A program made the translations under genes and the position numbers. Positions 1 to 13,427 of a stretch of DNA of 64,000 nt are shown piece after piece (the first letter of the stretch is position 1; each line of letters opens with the position of its first letter). The notes beneath the pieces were generated by a model. The model had not been told where the DNA came from, ran no database searches, and saw only the letters and a program-made list of their open reading frames with translations. The stretch is from Octopus sinensis (taxonomy: Eukaryota): positions 26,908,001-26,972,000 of the forward strand of contig NC_043016.1 of NCBI RefSeq assembly GCF_006345805.1. Reading direction: 5' to 3'.

Positions 1-1117
1 TTTCACCATCATACATCTGTCACTCTACTGCTTCTATACTCTGAAGCATGCATAAAAAGAAATGGTTCCAGCTTTTGCCATATTTGGTACCACTTACCAT
101 CAATGCTAGCCTTCATTGACTCTCCTCTATGTGACTTCTCATTGTCATCTGCCACTCTCCGTTGCTATCCACCACCCACTCCTTATTACCATCACTCATT
201 TCTATTACTATGCCATCATGTTTTCTGTTCAATTTCCAGATCACCGACAAACATGTAGCTGTTATTGTGTCTTTTTCATTATTCCGTCCTCTATCATTCC
301 TTCAGCTATACTCTCCACTTCCACCCTCTCAGTCACATTTACCTTGAAGGAATAGAGAGGGTGGAATTTGAGGTGAGATTGTTTACAACCCCCTCCTTTT
401 ACCAACTGTCACCTATTTTCGAGTAAGGGAGTATTTCCTCATGACCAGACCAATCTCAGATTGGAAATGAGGACACTGCTTGTATAACGGTGACACTCGT
501 TTACAACCATCACAGGAGATAGTAATACAAACATAGAACACAAGCGCATACCCCCCCCACACACACACACACACACAGACAGGCTTGTTCCACATTTCCA
601 TCTATAAAATTCACACACAAGATTTTGGTCAGCTCAGAGCTATAATAAAGACACTTGCCCAAGTTGTCATGCAGTGAGACTGAACTTACAACTGTAGTTT
701 AGGAGCAAACTTCTTACCAAACAACTATATCTGCTTACATATCTGAAATGGTATGTCTATCAGAAAAATAAAGACAAGCTAACTTTTAAGCAGTTCGTTA
801 ACCGCAAAGTTTATTTCTGTTGAATTGTATACTTCCGTGTATCTAAACATCTCAAAACACAACAGTATTTTGTAGAATCATTCTGTATTATTTTTATTAT
901 TAATGTTTGGTTGCAGAAAAATAAAGACAAGCTAACTTTTAACCACAAAGTTTATTTCTGTTGAATTGTATTCTTTACTGTAACTAATGCCGCAATCTTC
1001 CAAAATTATTAATTTCCACTTATGCATAAAACTACATTTTTTTTTTTTTTTTTCCTATTAAAGATGCCAGTGTGTTTTGTTATTTCTTATAAAACAGTTC
1101 AGCAGCCAGTATTTCAT

Positions 1118-1293
1118 CGACCGCTGGGTTCTGAGTTCAAATTCCATCGAGGTCGATTTTCCCTTTCATCTTTTCGGGGTCGATAAATTAAGTACCAATT
1201 ACACACTGGGGTCGATGTAATCGACTTAATTCCTTTGTCTGTCCTTGTTTGTCCCCTCTATGTTTAGCCCCTTGTGGGCAATAAAGAAATAAG
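1118..1293 (+). mobile_element. tRNA-SINE family B (ggggtcgat-motif SINE), 5'-truncated
   Basis: B-box-like gagttcaaattcc, two ggggtcgat motifs; homologous to 2866-3045 (-) and 18768-18985 (-). Confidence 0.8.
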
Positions 1294-1319
1294 GTAGGGT
1301 GGTGTTTTCAATGGCTCCA

Positions 1320-1990
1320 CTTAACTCTTCCTGCTTACAATATACACAGATGACAGCATCCTCTCACACTCTTCCACCATCTTCCAAACACATCTGCAAA
1401 ACTAATCTAACTCTTCATCAATTTGCTGAGGAACATGTTTACAAATAAACATTTAAAGTAGCACTTGCCAATGCTACCATGTCTCGTTTTAATAACACCG
1501 GAGAACATAAACGAACATCAGTCAACAACATAAACACACACACACACACACTCTCACATCTACACTCACACGCACACACAAACACATGCATTCACAAGCA
1601 CACACACATACAAAGGATCACTTATAAAATTCCCAGTACTTACAGAAGATCTATTATATCAATGCAAAACAGTGTATAAATACAAGCATATACTGTATTT
1701 GGCCAACAGAAACCAACAGAGGTGTACAAAATTATGTATTAGCTGCATCATAGATTATGCCAAGTCCTGCTGGACTACCCTCACCCTCCAATCTCTACTA
1801 TGTAAAACTGTAAAGTACACAAAACTACATTTTCAAAATCTTAAGCCCATCTACACAACAAAAACACTAAAAAATGAAAGACCACCTAGACATGTGATGA
1901 TAGTAGAGGAGCAGTTTGTTTTAACACTGCTAGAAATAACAACCAAATCTTCCTCAAACAATGCCTTAGATAAGGGAGGACACACTGAAT
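1320..1990 (+). mobile_element. Decayed non-LTR retrotransposon RT fragment (CR1/Jockey-like)
   Basis: TIYTDDSIL (YADD-like) near 1340 followed by LQN..N..W-like residues; ISCIIDYAKSCW resembles the IRP.LDYA...W motif; stops and a CA-repeat insert. Confidence 0.5.
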
Positions 1991-2303
1991 AATGAAGTTC
2001 TTGGTACCCCTAAAAATGATGTTTGTCGTGGATGGAATGTCTTTAATCATAAGTTTGTTCAATCAAAGCTGATTTTTGATCTAAAGAGCAACCAGCTTTC
2101 ACAGTTCCTATATCCTCATGTACAATTAACTTCCAATTCTGTATTATTTTCAATGTTTGGTTGCACAAAAATAAAATAAAATTTATTCCCAAAATATTGT
2201 ATTCAAATATGAATCGGGTCGCCCCCCCCCCCCACTCTCTTTTAAATGAAAGTCGGTTCCGATAATGCTGCAGGTTCAGTAGTTTTAAAGGCTGTTAGTT
2301 TAA

Positions 2304-2505
2304 CCTTTTAGTGTTTAGACCGGCCATATCAGGCCAAAATTGTCTTCCTGTTTTATGCTCAAGCCAGCCAGCTCTGACCTCTCACACCTACCCTACAAAG
2401 TCATTCTAAAAATAAACAGGGGCATCATCAAAATCTCAGAGTTACAAGATGCTGAACAATTAATTTAAAACAATGTGATTAAAGAGTAATCTGAATGCTA
2501 AAGGG
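2304..2505. mobile_element. piggyBac-type MITE (~200 bp)
   Basis: TTAA|CC(C)TTTAG ... CTAAAGGG|TTAA termini with TTAA on both sides; a decayed inverted copy lies at ~2557-2727. Confidence 0.7.
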
Positions 2506-2865
2506 TTAAATAGTGTGACGTATGCTGTCACTCCCATTCGGTCATTTCAGTCACCATTAACCTTTACTCTTGTCAAATGTAATGCTTATTTATTCACATT
2601 GTTTTAAATTAATCATTCATTCTCTCACAGCTTCAATATTTCCAATTTGTAATTGTTTATCTTTAGAATGCCACTGTAGAGTAGGTTTGAACATAAAACA
2701 AGAATATTTCTGGATACTAAAAGTTAAGCATCCATAAAACTGCTACATCTTAAAAATACCTCTCTACCACCACCACCACTTAATCCTGAGAAGTATTTTA
2801 AAAAAAAGAAAAACATGAAAGTAATCACTCACCTCATTTCAACCAAATATAGTACTAAGATATAT

Positions 2866-3045
2866 TACCCACAAGGGGCTAAACACAGAGGGGATAAACA
2901 AGGACAGACAAACAGATTAAGTCGATTACATCGACCCCAGTGCGTAACTGGTACTTAATTTATCGACCCCGAAAGGATGAAAGGCAAAGTCGACCTCGGC
3001 GGAATTTGAACTCAGAACGTAACGGCAGACGAAATACGGCTACGC
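2866..3045 (-). mobile_element. tRNA-SINE family B
   Basis: Near reverse complement of 1118-1293. Confidence 0.8.
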
Positions 3046-3237
3046 ACTGGGGTCGATGTAATTAGTTGCAGTTTACAGTGTATTGAGAATGTACTGGACA
3101 GTAGAGCGCAACATATCTGGACTGCTAGAGTGTTGTCATCATCTCTTTAATGCCCACTTTTCGTAGATTGCCTAGGTCAAATGGAATTGAAGTAGATTTC
3201 CTATAGCTTGATGCTCTTCCTATTGCCAACCCACACT

Positions 3238-3412
3238 TTTTTACTTGTTTCAGTCATTTGAATGGTCATGCTGGAGCACCGCCTTTAGTCAAGCAAATCA
3301 ACCCCAGGACTTATTCTTTGTAAGCCTAGTACTTATTCTACCGGTCTCCGCTAAGTTACGAGGACGTAAACACACCAGCATCCAGCATCGGTTGTCAAGT
3401 GATGTTGGGGAG

Positions 3413-3445
<33 letters not shown>

Positions 3446-3612
3446 CATATATACTGCGGGCTTCTTTCAGTTTTCGTCTACCAAATCCACTCACAAGGCT
3501 TTGGTCAGTCCGAGGCTATAGTAGAAGACACTTGCCCAAGGTGCCACACAGTGGGACTGAACCCAGAACCATGTGGTTCATAAGCAAGCTACTTACCACA
3601 CAGTCATTCCTA
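3238..3612 (-). mobile_element. tRNA-SINE family A (internal (TA)n/(TG)n tract, (AAGAGTA)n tail)
   Basis: A-box tggctgtgtggtaag, B-box ggttcagtccc, ccttgggcaagtgtctt central motif, 3' cagtcaaatgactg stem-loop; many homologous copies in the window. Confidence 0.88.
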
Positions 3613-5279
3613 CTTCTTCACTTTCCAAACAAGGTATAATAATTCTCCCAAGGCTGGACTTGGAAACAAGGGACTCTACATTTGCGACAGTGATGCTTCG
3701 TTATAACTATCTATGCTATGAAGACAGGGAGATACAAACACATACATATACACCATGAGTATCTTTCAGTTTCTATCTACCACAACCACACACAAGGCTT
3801 TGATTGGCTTAGAGCTATAGCAGAAGACATTTACCTGCTCTGTCACGTAGTGGGACTGAACACAAAACCATATGGCTATGATGTAAACTTCTTAACCACA
3901 TAATAACATCTTTATGATAAACCACTGGTTCTCAGTTAAACGGAAGTGCATTATAGCTTGATCTTTGGATTGTACTTAGTTGTTCAGCTAGCTACCTATG
4001 TATCATATTTCAATGATCAAGGCTTGCCTCAAGTGGTACTTGAGTGGTACTCCTACTATTCAATCTACTAGTTTCTCATCCTGAAACCATATTAAAAAAA
4101 AAATGACCATCAAACTTTCTACTGAACCTTTGTCCAATCAAACCTATCCTACCTCTAGTATTGTATTTCTCTGAAATTCCCTATAGACTATCTTTCAAGA
4201 ATGTAAATCCTGGCATTTAATCACATTAATTTCATTCACAAGGTGCGTGTGCATGCCAGAGGCTTTTACATATAATGATGAGGTACAAAAAAACAAATGC
4301 ATTGGGAATAGTTGATAAAGATCTTTTTATCTTTTCCTTGTTTCACTCATCAGATTGCAGCCATATTGGCTCATTTTCTTTAGAGGATTTTAGTCAAACG
4401 AATCCACCCCAGTACTTTTTTTAAGCCTCGTACTTATTCTATCAGTCTCTTTGCTGAGACACTTGCAGGGGCCATAAACACACCAACATCTGTTGTCAAG
4501 TGGTGATAGGTGACACACATTATTATTGACAGAAGCAGTATTTATACGAAAAGGTAATTTTTATGTCCAACTTAATATGGCTCTCTTGTTAAAACAGACT
4601 TCCCACAGATGATTTCCAGTAGAATGGAATCATGTGACATGTGAATTCTGGTGCCTATGACAGATGATTCTTGGTGACTATGATCTGTATGTGTGTGCTT
4701 TTATGTACCAAGTTCCTATATGTGAGGATCTCTCAAGGCTAACAACACAGTATCCATATTCTAAACAAGACAGCAATGTTCAGTTGGATATTTTTAGATC
4801 TCTCTCTCTCTCTCTTTTACAAAAGGTAGTTTACTTTGAGTTTTCATCTAAGAAAATCATTCATGAGCCTTTCATTATCCCCTGGTTATAGGTACCGAGG
4901 TGTCACACTGTTAGAATAAACTCAGAACCATGAGGTTGGGAAGCAAGCTTCTTACCACACAGTCATGCCTGTGTCTTTGTGTTGTCTGAATATGAACCTC
5001 TAATTGATTATCTTTATACTATTCTTTATCTCTCTCTCTCTCTTGTTATTTGTATAATCCAATTTTACCACTGAGCTGCTGCTTTATGTTATCGATCTTG
5101 AAGAATGAAATGCAAAAATACAGGAATTGAACTTAGAGCCTAAAGAACTAAAACAAATAAATACTGCAAGGAATTTTATCAGGCACTCCAACTAGTTTAC
5201 CAAATTTGCACATTTTTTATCATTCAGGGTAATGTAAAACAACATAATTATTGAACTAGTCAGATATATGAATCGATTT

Positions 5280-5660
5280 CATCAAATGGGACCGGTGCCT
5301 CCCAGGTTTCTTTTAGCTGTTTGTCTTCTTTAGGAGAGGATGTCCGCAGTGACTGTAGTTATTGTTAGTTGTGAAAAATGTACTGTAATAATTCTACATT
5401 ATGTCGCTTTCTCCATCACCGTACCTAGCGCAAGAAGACAAATCAAAAGTCACTTTAATTCGATTAACTTCGTTTTATGAACCTGTTCTGATGTAAGGAA
5501 ATAAGGAGTAAGGGGAAGTGATTCATGCATATAAGGGAGAGAAATCCTCCGAATGTGCCTTCCTCGCACTTAGTGCAAGTGAAACGATGTTCCTCGATGT
5601 TTACAATTTTATAAAAAAAAAAAAGGAAATTTAATACAATAAGCTTTACGCGTAGTTTAT
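5280..5660. promoter_or_regulatory. Non-repetitive CpG-enriched segment, candidate promoter or 5' exon
   Basis: About a dozen CpGs in ~380 bp of otherwise CpG-poor unique DNA, 1.8 kb upstream of the first visible exon. Confidence 0.25.
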
Positions 5661-6461
5661 ATTAGTCAAAAGTGTTGACACTATTTTTTTTCTAATTAGG
5701 TTTTGCTCATCTTACCATATACCATGTTTCACGTTTACTATTTGTAACATTTTCATTATTGTTACATTTAAGGATGGTCATATTTTGCCAGTTAAACACA
5801 TTTATTATACATTTGGTCTTCACTTCAGCTTTATCATTACTTTAGTTTCTTTATCAAAGCTCTTTCGTCATACATCCTGTGGCTCACTATTTCACTTGCC
5901 TCCTCTTATTCTACTTATTCCACATGTTTTCACATCAAGGATCTTGTAAAACAAGTGCATAGACGTAATAACATTTTCATTATTTTGTTTATTTCCAAGC
6001 AAGTTCTGATCAGACATTTCAGCTGTGCCCATCATCGTCTATTTATTTCCATCACTCTCTCTTGAACTACATTATTTAACATACCCTTCAGTTCTCTCTG
6101 AAATTACAACACACTTTCTAAATAAAATTTTTTTAAATGTATTTAATAATGTATTCTTGTAATATACCATCTGGAAATAGATAGAATGGTATTGATGGAA
6201 CCCCTTTGGTCGTAGTTTCACTGGGAATAGAAGAATACCATACTTTACCACTGCTACTACAACCTGTTATAATTCAATCTGTTTGGACATAACAGGTAGA
6301 TCTCTGAAATTATGCCATATCTCTTAGGAAAATTAAATCACCTAAGTGAAAACTATCAACTATTTCTAGTGATCCTTCTAAGAATTTGAAAGAATACATT
6401 TCACATGTATTCTTACAAACTACTCCTGTAAAATCCATCTTCTCAGCCAGTTTGACTGTTC

Positions 6462-6670
6462 TTTTATCTTTTGACTGGCCATGCTGGGGTACCAACTTGA
6501 AGGGGGGTTGTTTTAGTCAAACATATTAACCCCAGGACTTATTTTTTAAAGCCTAGTACTTATTCTGTGAGTCTCTTTTGCCAAACCACTAAGTTATGTG
6601 GATGTAAACACACCAACACTAGTTGTCAAGTGATGGTGAGAGGGGGGACACACAGAGATACATACATATA
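6462..6670 (-). mobile_element. SINE family A, 3' half
   Basis: Homology to family A; ends at its internal microsatellite next to a hammerhead-like insert. Confidence 0.7.
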
Positions 6671-6844
6671 TTTTTCTGAAACATTGGCGCATGATGTAGT
6701 CTGAACATAACAGGGTAGCTATTGTTGGCTTAAGCCAGACAGCAGCATTCCTACATTTATTCATCCCAATTCTTGTCTACCATAAATGATATCTTTATGC
6801 AGTTTTTTCTATTTCTTTTTTTTTTCTTTCTTTTTCAAGAAATT

Positions 6845-6906
6845 AGAACTCACAGCTGATGAGGGTAATGTTTATCCAGGTGTTTTATCCCGGAAAGCTT
6901 TTGAGG
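6845..6906 (+). ncRNA. Decayed hammerhead-like motif
   Basis: CUCACAG-CUGAUGA-GGGUAA...UUAUCCCG-GAAAGCUU-UUGAG; stem I only partly paired, extra bases before GAAA. Confidence 0.4.
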
Positions 6907-7406
6907 TAAATAATTAATATATATTCTTCTATACATGATTGGTATTGTATTATTTATGTGTATTTCTTCAGTGTGGGTTTAGTAGTTCACATCACAACCA
7001 CCATGGATTTCATGTTCAATCTCATGCAGTGTGTTAAGGTGTCTTCTATTATATCCTTTGGGACTGTCCAGTTTCTAGTGCATAGAATTTGGTTGGTGGA
7101 AACTGCAGAAGCCCATCATAAAATGTTGATTTAAATGTATGTTGTATATGTATTATATGCATGCATGTGTGTGTATCTCTCACCAATGTATTTCCTTGAA
7201 GAATGTAAGTAACAACAATATGTTCAACATCAAATTACACATATGCTCCCTTGATGGTGGAAGACTAAATGGGTTGAAATGTTGCTTTGATGCATTTTAA
7301 AACTTTTCTGTATCCCCTCCCCCATCACAACAGATTGATTTCACAGTTTGAAAAATTGCTAATAACTCATCTCAGAACATTCAAATTTTTAAAATATATT
7401 TTGCAG

Positions 7407-7608
7407 AATACATTCCATGGACCTTTGAAACTGTTTGGCAAAATTTTGTACACTCAAATGCAGGATGGCCATGTTGAAAAAGACCGTATTACAAAGGAAC
7501 AATTTGTTAAAGCTGGAAAAGAAATATTGAATTTACATGAAGTAAATGATCAGAAGAAATACTACTTCAGGTTATTTGCTTTAGGTAAAAATGCATTAAC
7601 AAAGGATG
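7407..7608 (+). CDS. TLDc-domain gene, first visible coding exon (internal; NTFHGPLKLFGK...KNALTKD)
   Basis: ttttgcag acceptor, G|gtaaga donor; 202 bp, phase 0 to 1, open; joins in frame to the 10406 exon. Confidence 0.85.
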
Positions 7609-7714
7609 GTAAGACATTATTATTATTGTTGTTGTTATCAACTCTTTTGTTCTCATATTTCTATTGAAATACACTGTCTTTGTTTCAATTAATTTTGAAA
7701 ATAATGAAGAGTTT

Positions 7715-8150
7715 ATCATCATCATCGTTTAACATCCGTTTTCCGTGCTAGCATGGGTTGGACGGCTCAACTGGGGTCTAGGAAGCCAGGAGGCTGCACC
7801 AGGCTCCAGTCTGATCTGGCAGTGTTTCTACAGCTGGATGCCCTTCCTGATGCCAGCCACTCCGTGAGTGTAGTGGGTGCTTTTTACTGGCACAGGGGCC
7901 AGAGGAGGCTAGCAACAGCCATGGTTGGTTGGTTGGTACTTTTTACGTACCACCAGCATGGATGCCAGTCAAGGCGGCGCTGGCATCGGCCACCTTTGTA
8001 TGGTGCATTTTACGTGCCACCGACACGGGTATCACAATTAAAATTTCCATTTGATTTTTATTTTGATGTTGATGTACTTGACTCAATAGGTTTCCTCAAG
8101 CACAGCAGGCTGTCTTGCGAGCCATGAACTCACTTCATTTGTCGGGTCTA
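7715..8150 (-). mobile_element. RTE-type LINE 3' end / LINE-derived SINE with (GAT)n tail
   Basis: Homologous to the 3' UTR of the RTE fragment at 34303-34929; internal ggtgctttttacgtgccacc units. Confidence 0.8.
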
Positions 8151-9829
8151 TAAATTAACATGGAATTTTGATGGAAGTTTTAAAATTCAGGTCACTTTAA
8201 AACAATTAGAAGTGGGCTCAAATGAGTTGATATTGAAATGGTTACAGCAGATTAGTAGCATCAGAAAACAACTCATTTGCAGTGTTTCTTGTAACTCTTT
8301 GCATTTTAAATTCAAATCCTGCTATGGTCAAATTTTTTCTTTTTATCATTCCGTGGTTAATAAGTGTACCAGTAATGTACTATAGTCAATGTAATTCGCT
8401 GTTCTCTTTACTTCAAGTTATAACAAATAAAAAAAAAATACTGCATGATCTAAGCTAGTCACCAAAATACTTGAATAAAGTTTATCACTTAATTAAACCA
8501 TTAAATTGTACAGAAATAAATGTTCAGAACTTCGTGCTTATACAGGCTACTGTGTGCCAGTTCATCATTGTCTTCAGCATTTTATGTCTGCCTTCCATGC
8601 TGCTACAGGTTGGATGATTCTGTAGGACTTTGCCAAGCTCTAATGTCTGCTTTGACATGGCTTCTATGGCTGGTTATCTTTTCTAATGCCAATAACTTTA
8701 CAGAGTATATTGGATGCTTTTTTTCATGCCACCAGCACTTATGAGGTTGCCAAATAACTTGCAAAACAAAAAGCCCTCACCTCCACCTTGACTTATGGGT
8801 AGTGTGCAAGAGAGCGATGTGGTTTAATGCCATCAACTGACAGATTAGAGTATGGTAGAAGGACAGGAACAGGTATGTTGCTGTGGAGGAGATAAATGGC
8901 CACCATGCATTATATAGGATGGGTGGAAGTGACTAGAATGATGATGAAATATTAGGGTGTATTTTTGAGGTACAAGAAGGCATGTCCAGGAATTGCAAAA
9001 GAAATTAGAAGAATGGAACCGAGCTTGATGGAGTATATACTCAATGTTAAAATAACAAGCAGTTAATAATGGTTTCAAAATTTGGCACAATGCCAGCATT
9101 GTCACGGAAGAGGCTAAATTGATTACATCAACCACAGCTCAACTGGTACTTATTTTATTGACCCCAAAAGGTAAAGTCAACCTTGGTGACATTTAATAAT
9201 GCAAGCAGTTAATAATGGAAAGATTCAGAAACTTGCTGGAATTTGATCATACAAGGTAGGAATAGAATAGGAAAGTAGCAGTAGTAGTAGTAGTGTCTAC
9301 AATCAATGAAGATACACAAAATGAAATTGTAGTAACATTTCACTCCCCTAAATGTGAGTGACTGTGTAGCTCCTCTACAACAAGAACCTGCTTTGTCCCA
9401 TCCTCTTCTCTCATACCATAACCCTCTCCTGTCTTCCTAGCATAAAACTATCCTACTTCCTTCAGTTTTGTAGTCTTGCAAATTGCATGGCAACTCCACT
9501 AATACTGGTGGCATGAGAAAAATCATCCTGTACTCTCTGTAAAGTGGTTGAGGTTAGAAAGGGCATCCAGTCACAGAATAGAAATCATGCCAAAACAGAC
9601 ACTGGAGCATGATGCAGTCCTTGGACACATTGAATCTTATAAAACCTCTCAACCCATGCCAGCATGGAACCTAGATGTTAAATAAAGATGATAATTTCTA
9701 TCAGAAAGATGAATTAAAACTTTAGGTACAATACTTGCATTTGTTGAATTAGTAGATTGATCAAACAGGAAGTTCATTAGAAAGCGTAGATAAATTGTTA
9801 ACTAGGTGGGATATAGTAGTGCTGTAAAT

Positions 9830-10215
9830 CATCATCGTCATTGTTTAACATCCGCTTTCCATGCTAGCATGGGTTGGACGATTTCACTGAGGACTGGTGA
9901 ACCAGATGGCTGTACCAGGTTCCAATCTTGATCTGGCAGAGTTTCTACAGCTGGATGCTCTTCCTAACACCAACCACTCCGAGAGTGTAGTGGGTGCTTT
10001 TTACATGCTACCGGCACGAGGGCCAGTCAGGCGGTACTGGCTATGGGCACGCTCAAATGGTGATTTTTATGTGCCACCTGCACAGGAGCCAGTCCAGCTG
10101 CATTTGCAACGACCTTGCACGAATGTTTTTTCATGTGCCACCAGCACAAGTGCCTGTAAGGCGATGCTGGTAACGATCACGCTCGAATGGTGCTTTTTAC
10201 GTGCCACCTTGCATA
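9830..10215 (-). mobile_element. RTE-type LINE 3' end
   Basis: Same family, four internal units; further copies at ~21068-21356 (-), 37430-37570 (+), 46540-46635 (+), and decayed ones at ~9450-9690, 12500-12740, 29460-29640, 56340-56630. Confidence 0.8.
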
Positions 10216-10405
10216 ATTCTAGAAATGGAAAGGAAGACAGTCTTACTTTTCTTGATGCCTAATCCAGAGTGGTGCTAATATAAATATAACTGAAATTGCT
10301 GATTATGATTTCTTGCAAATAATAATAAAGTTAGGATTTGTATTGTATGAAGTGAATAAGAAAAACAACCATGTTTAATCTATGTACCAATATCTGATTT
10401 TGCAG

Positions 10406-10518
10406 ATAGCAGGGATCTTGTTGTTGTTTGTTATGCCCTGGCCTTATCTCTGTCTTCAATTCCATATTCACAATTTGAAAATAGTGAAGGTTGTCGTGAA
10501 GCCATGGTGAACAGTATG
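10406..10518 (+). CDS. TLDc-domain gene exon (DSRDLVVVCYALAL...AMVNSM)
   Basis: ttttgcag / gtgagt; 113 bp, phase 1 to 0, open. Confidence 0.85.
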
Positions 10519-10773
10519 GTGAGTATTATAACCATTAAAATTCTTCACTCGTAAGATTTCTACTGTTTTATTATATTGTCTTCAAACATTAGAAATTACA
10601 ATGCCAAATAAAACTATTTAAATAATACCTTTTTGAATAACCGCCATGAATATAGTTGGGTAGATTTAATCTGTCACCCAGTTTAACACCAATACATGGC
10701 CTTGGGTGCCTTTAACATAGTACACTCTGTTGCAAATTATATTTCTAATCATGGGGATTGCATAAAGGTTTAA

Positions 10774-11301
10774 CCCTTTAGTATTCAGATTACTCTGCTT
10801 ATTTATTCAAATTGTTTTGAGTCAATCATGCATTATCTTGCAGCTTCAAGATTTTGATGATGTGATTACTCTTTTACTTGTTTCAGTCATTTGACTGTGG
10901 CCATGCTGGAGCACCACCTTTAGTCGAGCAAATCGATCCCAGGACTTATTCTTTGTACTTATTCTATCGGTCTCTTTTGCCGAACCGGTAAGTTATGGGG
11001 ACGTAAACACACCAGCATTGGTTGTCAAGCGATTTGGGGGGGGGGACAAACACAGACATACAAACATATACACACACATATATACATATATATATTTGCC
11101 CAAGGTGCCACGCGGTGGGACAGAACCTGGAACCATGTGGTTGGTAAGCAAGCTACTTACCACACAGCTACTCCTACGCCTATTGCTTATATTTTCAATG
11201 ACATTGTAGGATAGGTGTGAGTGGCTGGATCTGGCCAGTTTGAACATAAAATAGGTAGAATATTTGGGCCAGATATAATGGCTGGTATAAATGCTAAAGG
11301 G
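10774..11301. mobile_element. piggyBac-type MITE with nested family A SINE
   Basis: TTAA|CCCTTTAGT ... ATGCTAAAGGG|TTAA; SINE at ~10870-11182. Confidence 0.72.
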
Positions 11302-12251
11302 TTAAATACTGTCCACTTAACAAATTCATCATAGACCCAGATTTACTCAGAAATCTTGGTTCAGCCTGAATCTATGGTAGAATGCACTCACCTGAAACCA
11401 CACAGTCGTAAAGCAAGCTTATTAACCTTATTAAGCTTATTGTGTTCAAATGCATTATTATTGCTTCCTTGGTTACTTTTACAATTAGCATGGGAATTTG
11501 TTTGCAACCTTTATATGAGTATTATGTTCAATGACGAGGAAAAGATGTAGAACAGGGGTTCCCAACCAGGTGTGACTCAACCCTCTGTTGGTGAATACTC
11601 AGTGGGTACAAAAAAGAGGGCAAGTCTAGTTTAAAATCGCTTTTTGGAATAACACTAATAATTTCAAAAAACAACTTTGTTGTATTAAAGCACACCACAA
11701 ACTTTACTATTCTACATTGTGTGTGTGTGTGTGTGTGGTTCAATTTTTGAACAATAAATTACTAGAAAGTTGATATTTTTATCTTCAAGTGAGATGTTTT
11801 TTTATGGGATGCAATGATTAATCAAACATTTCTTAGGGATATGGGGCATAGAAATGGTTGGTAACTATTGTTGCAGAAGCTGAACTCTGAAGCTGGCACT
11901 GCCATAAAATTTCAATCATAGTGGCTGTTGTGAATAATGTAATTTTGGCTACAAGATGTTCGTTAGTTAAACCGTTTATCATAGTTATATAAAATTCTGC
12001 ATTCATTGAATCATTAATGTATTCTCAACAAACATATTGAGATTAGTGTTTATTTATACCAAAATATTTAAGTCACAATCTTAATCTTCATCTTATCTGA
12101 TAAATTGTTGATCTGCTTAATAGAATTACATGCCATTACAACACATACTTAAATGATCCTTAAAAGTATGGTCTGATAAATATTTCAAAATATTTATCAG
12201 TCACAATTTTGTGAAAACCTTATATTTTATGTATTTATTTATTTATTTCAG

Positions 12252-12383
12252 TTTGGTATTCAAGAAACTATAAGTTATGAAGACTTTGAACGCTGGATGG
12301 AAAAACACTGTCCACATCTCTTTAGTAGTGTTCATGAATGGGTTCTCTGCATTTTAACTGGATCTAAGTCTCATACAGAAGAA
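12252..12383 (+). CDS. TLDc-domain gene exon (FGIQETISYEDFERWMEKHCPHLF...HTEE)
   Basis: tatttcag / gtgagt; 132 bp, phase 0 to 0. Confidence 0.88.
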
Positions 12384-13427
12384 GTGAGTTTTTGTCTAAG
12401 TTCTTCTGATTATTGAATGAACGGGAAAATCTACAATAATTAGGGATACATAAAATATCATGTGAAAAGCACTCTGTAAAATGGTTGATATTAGGAAAGG
12501 CATCCAGCCATAGAAGCTATACCAAAACAGACAGCTCTCTGACTGGCCAATTTCTGTTAAACCATCCAAACCATGCCACCGTCAAAGATATTAAACAATG
12601 ATGGTGAGGCATCCAGCTATAGAAACTGTCAAAACAGACAATTGGAACCTGGACAGCTCTCTGGCTGGTCAGCTCCTGCCAAACTATCCAGCCCATGTCA
12701 GCATAGAAAACAGATGTTAAACAGTGATGATGATGATCCAATGTGTTAATGTATCCAATAAATATTTAGTCTAGTGTCTATCTGTAACTGTGATTAAATC
12801 CACTTTGGAATCTAAGATTTACAATGATCCTCTAGTTAAACACACTTATATGTAATAGGTGATTCTTGCTTTTTATAGCCTCTAAAATTTATTTTTTTAG
12901 TCTTGTCTCTCGACACTACTCTAGTTATTCATTAAACCATTCTCATTTCTGTTCTTTCCAACCTTCTCTATTATTCCACTTTCATTTCCTATGTCTCACT
13001 CCCGTACATCATAGCAGTTCTCACATTTGTAACATTCACCTTCCCTTTAGCTTAGCTATCACTCCCCTCCTCATCAGCATACTACCCAGTTACCAAAAGT
13101 TCTTCCAAGTACATCTTACTTGAACCACCATTACCAAATATGATCCAAACATCATTTAACTGATCATCACTCCATCTGTTTCTTCCACTGACCATTCATA
13201 AGAGGATCATGGGAGTAAAGTCTTCAAGGACCTCCTCCATAGGGTCCTATCAGAAGCCACTATCGCTACACTTTCTGGTTGGATTCTCAAATATGACTGA
13301 CAAAGACAGTTAATTTATATTACAATTACCACTTCAATAACAACCAAGTTATTTGATTAAATTCTTCATTATTTTCAAAATTTTCCACTTCCAGTGTTTT
13401 ATGAAAATTCTCATCAACTCTTTGCAG

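Noticed and set aside
4335-4362. SINE A tail (..AUGACUGAAACAAGUA; here CUGAUGAGUGAAAC) as a minimal hammerhead
   Set aside because: The consensus lacks CUGA and there is no stem I. This copy lacks the NUH triplet. A LINE-recognition stem-loop explains it better.
5850-6470. Stop-interrupted - strand reading frame
   Set aside because: No recognisable motif; cannot be distinguished from random AT-rich sequence.
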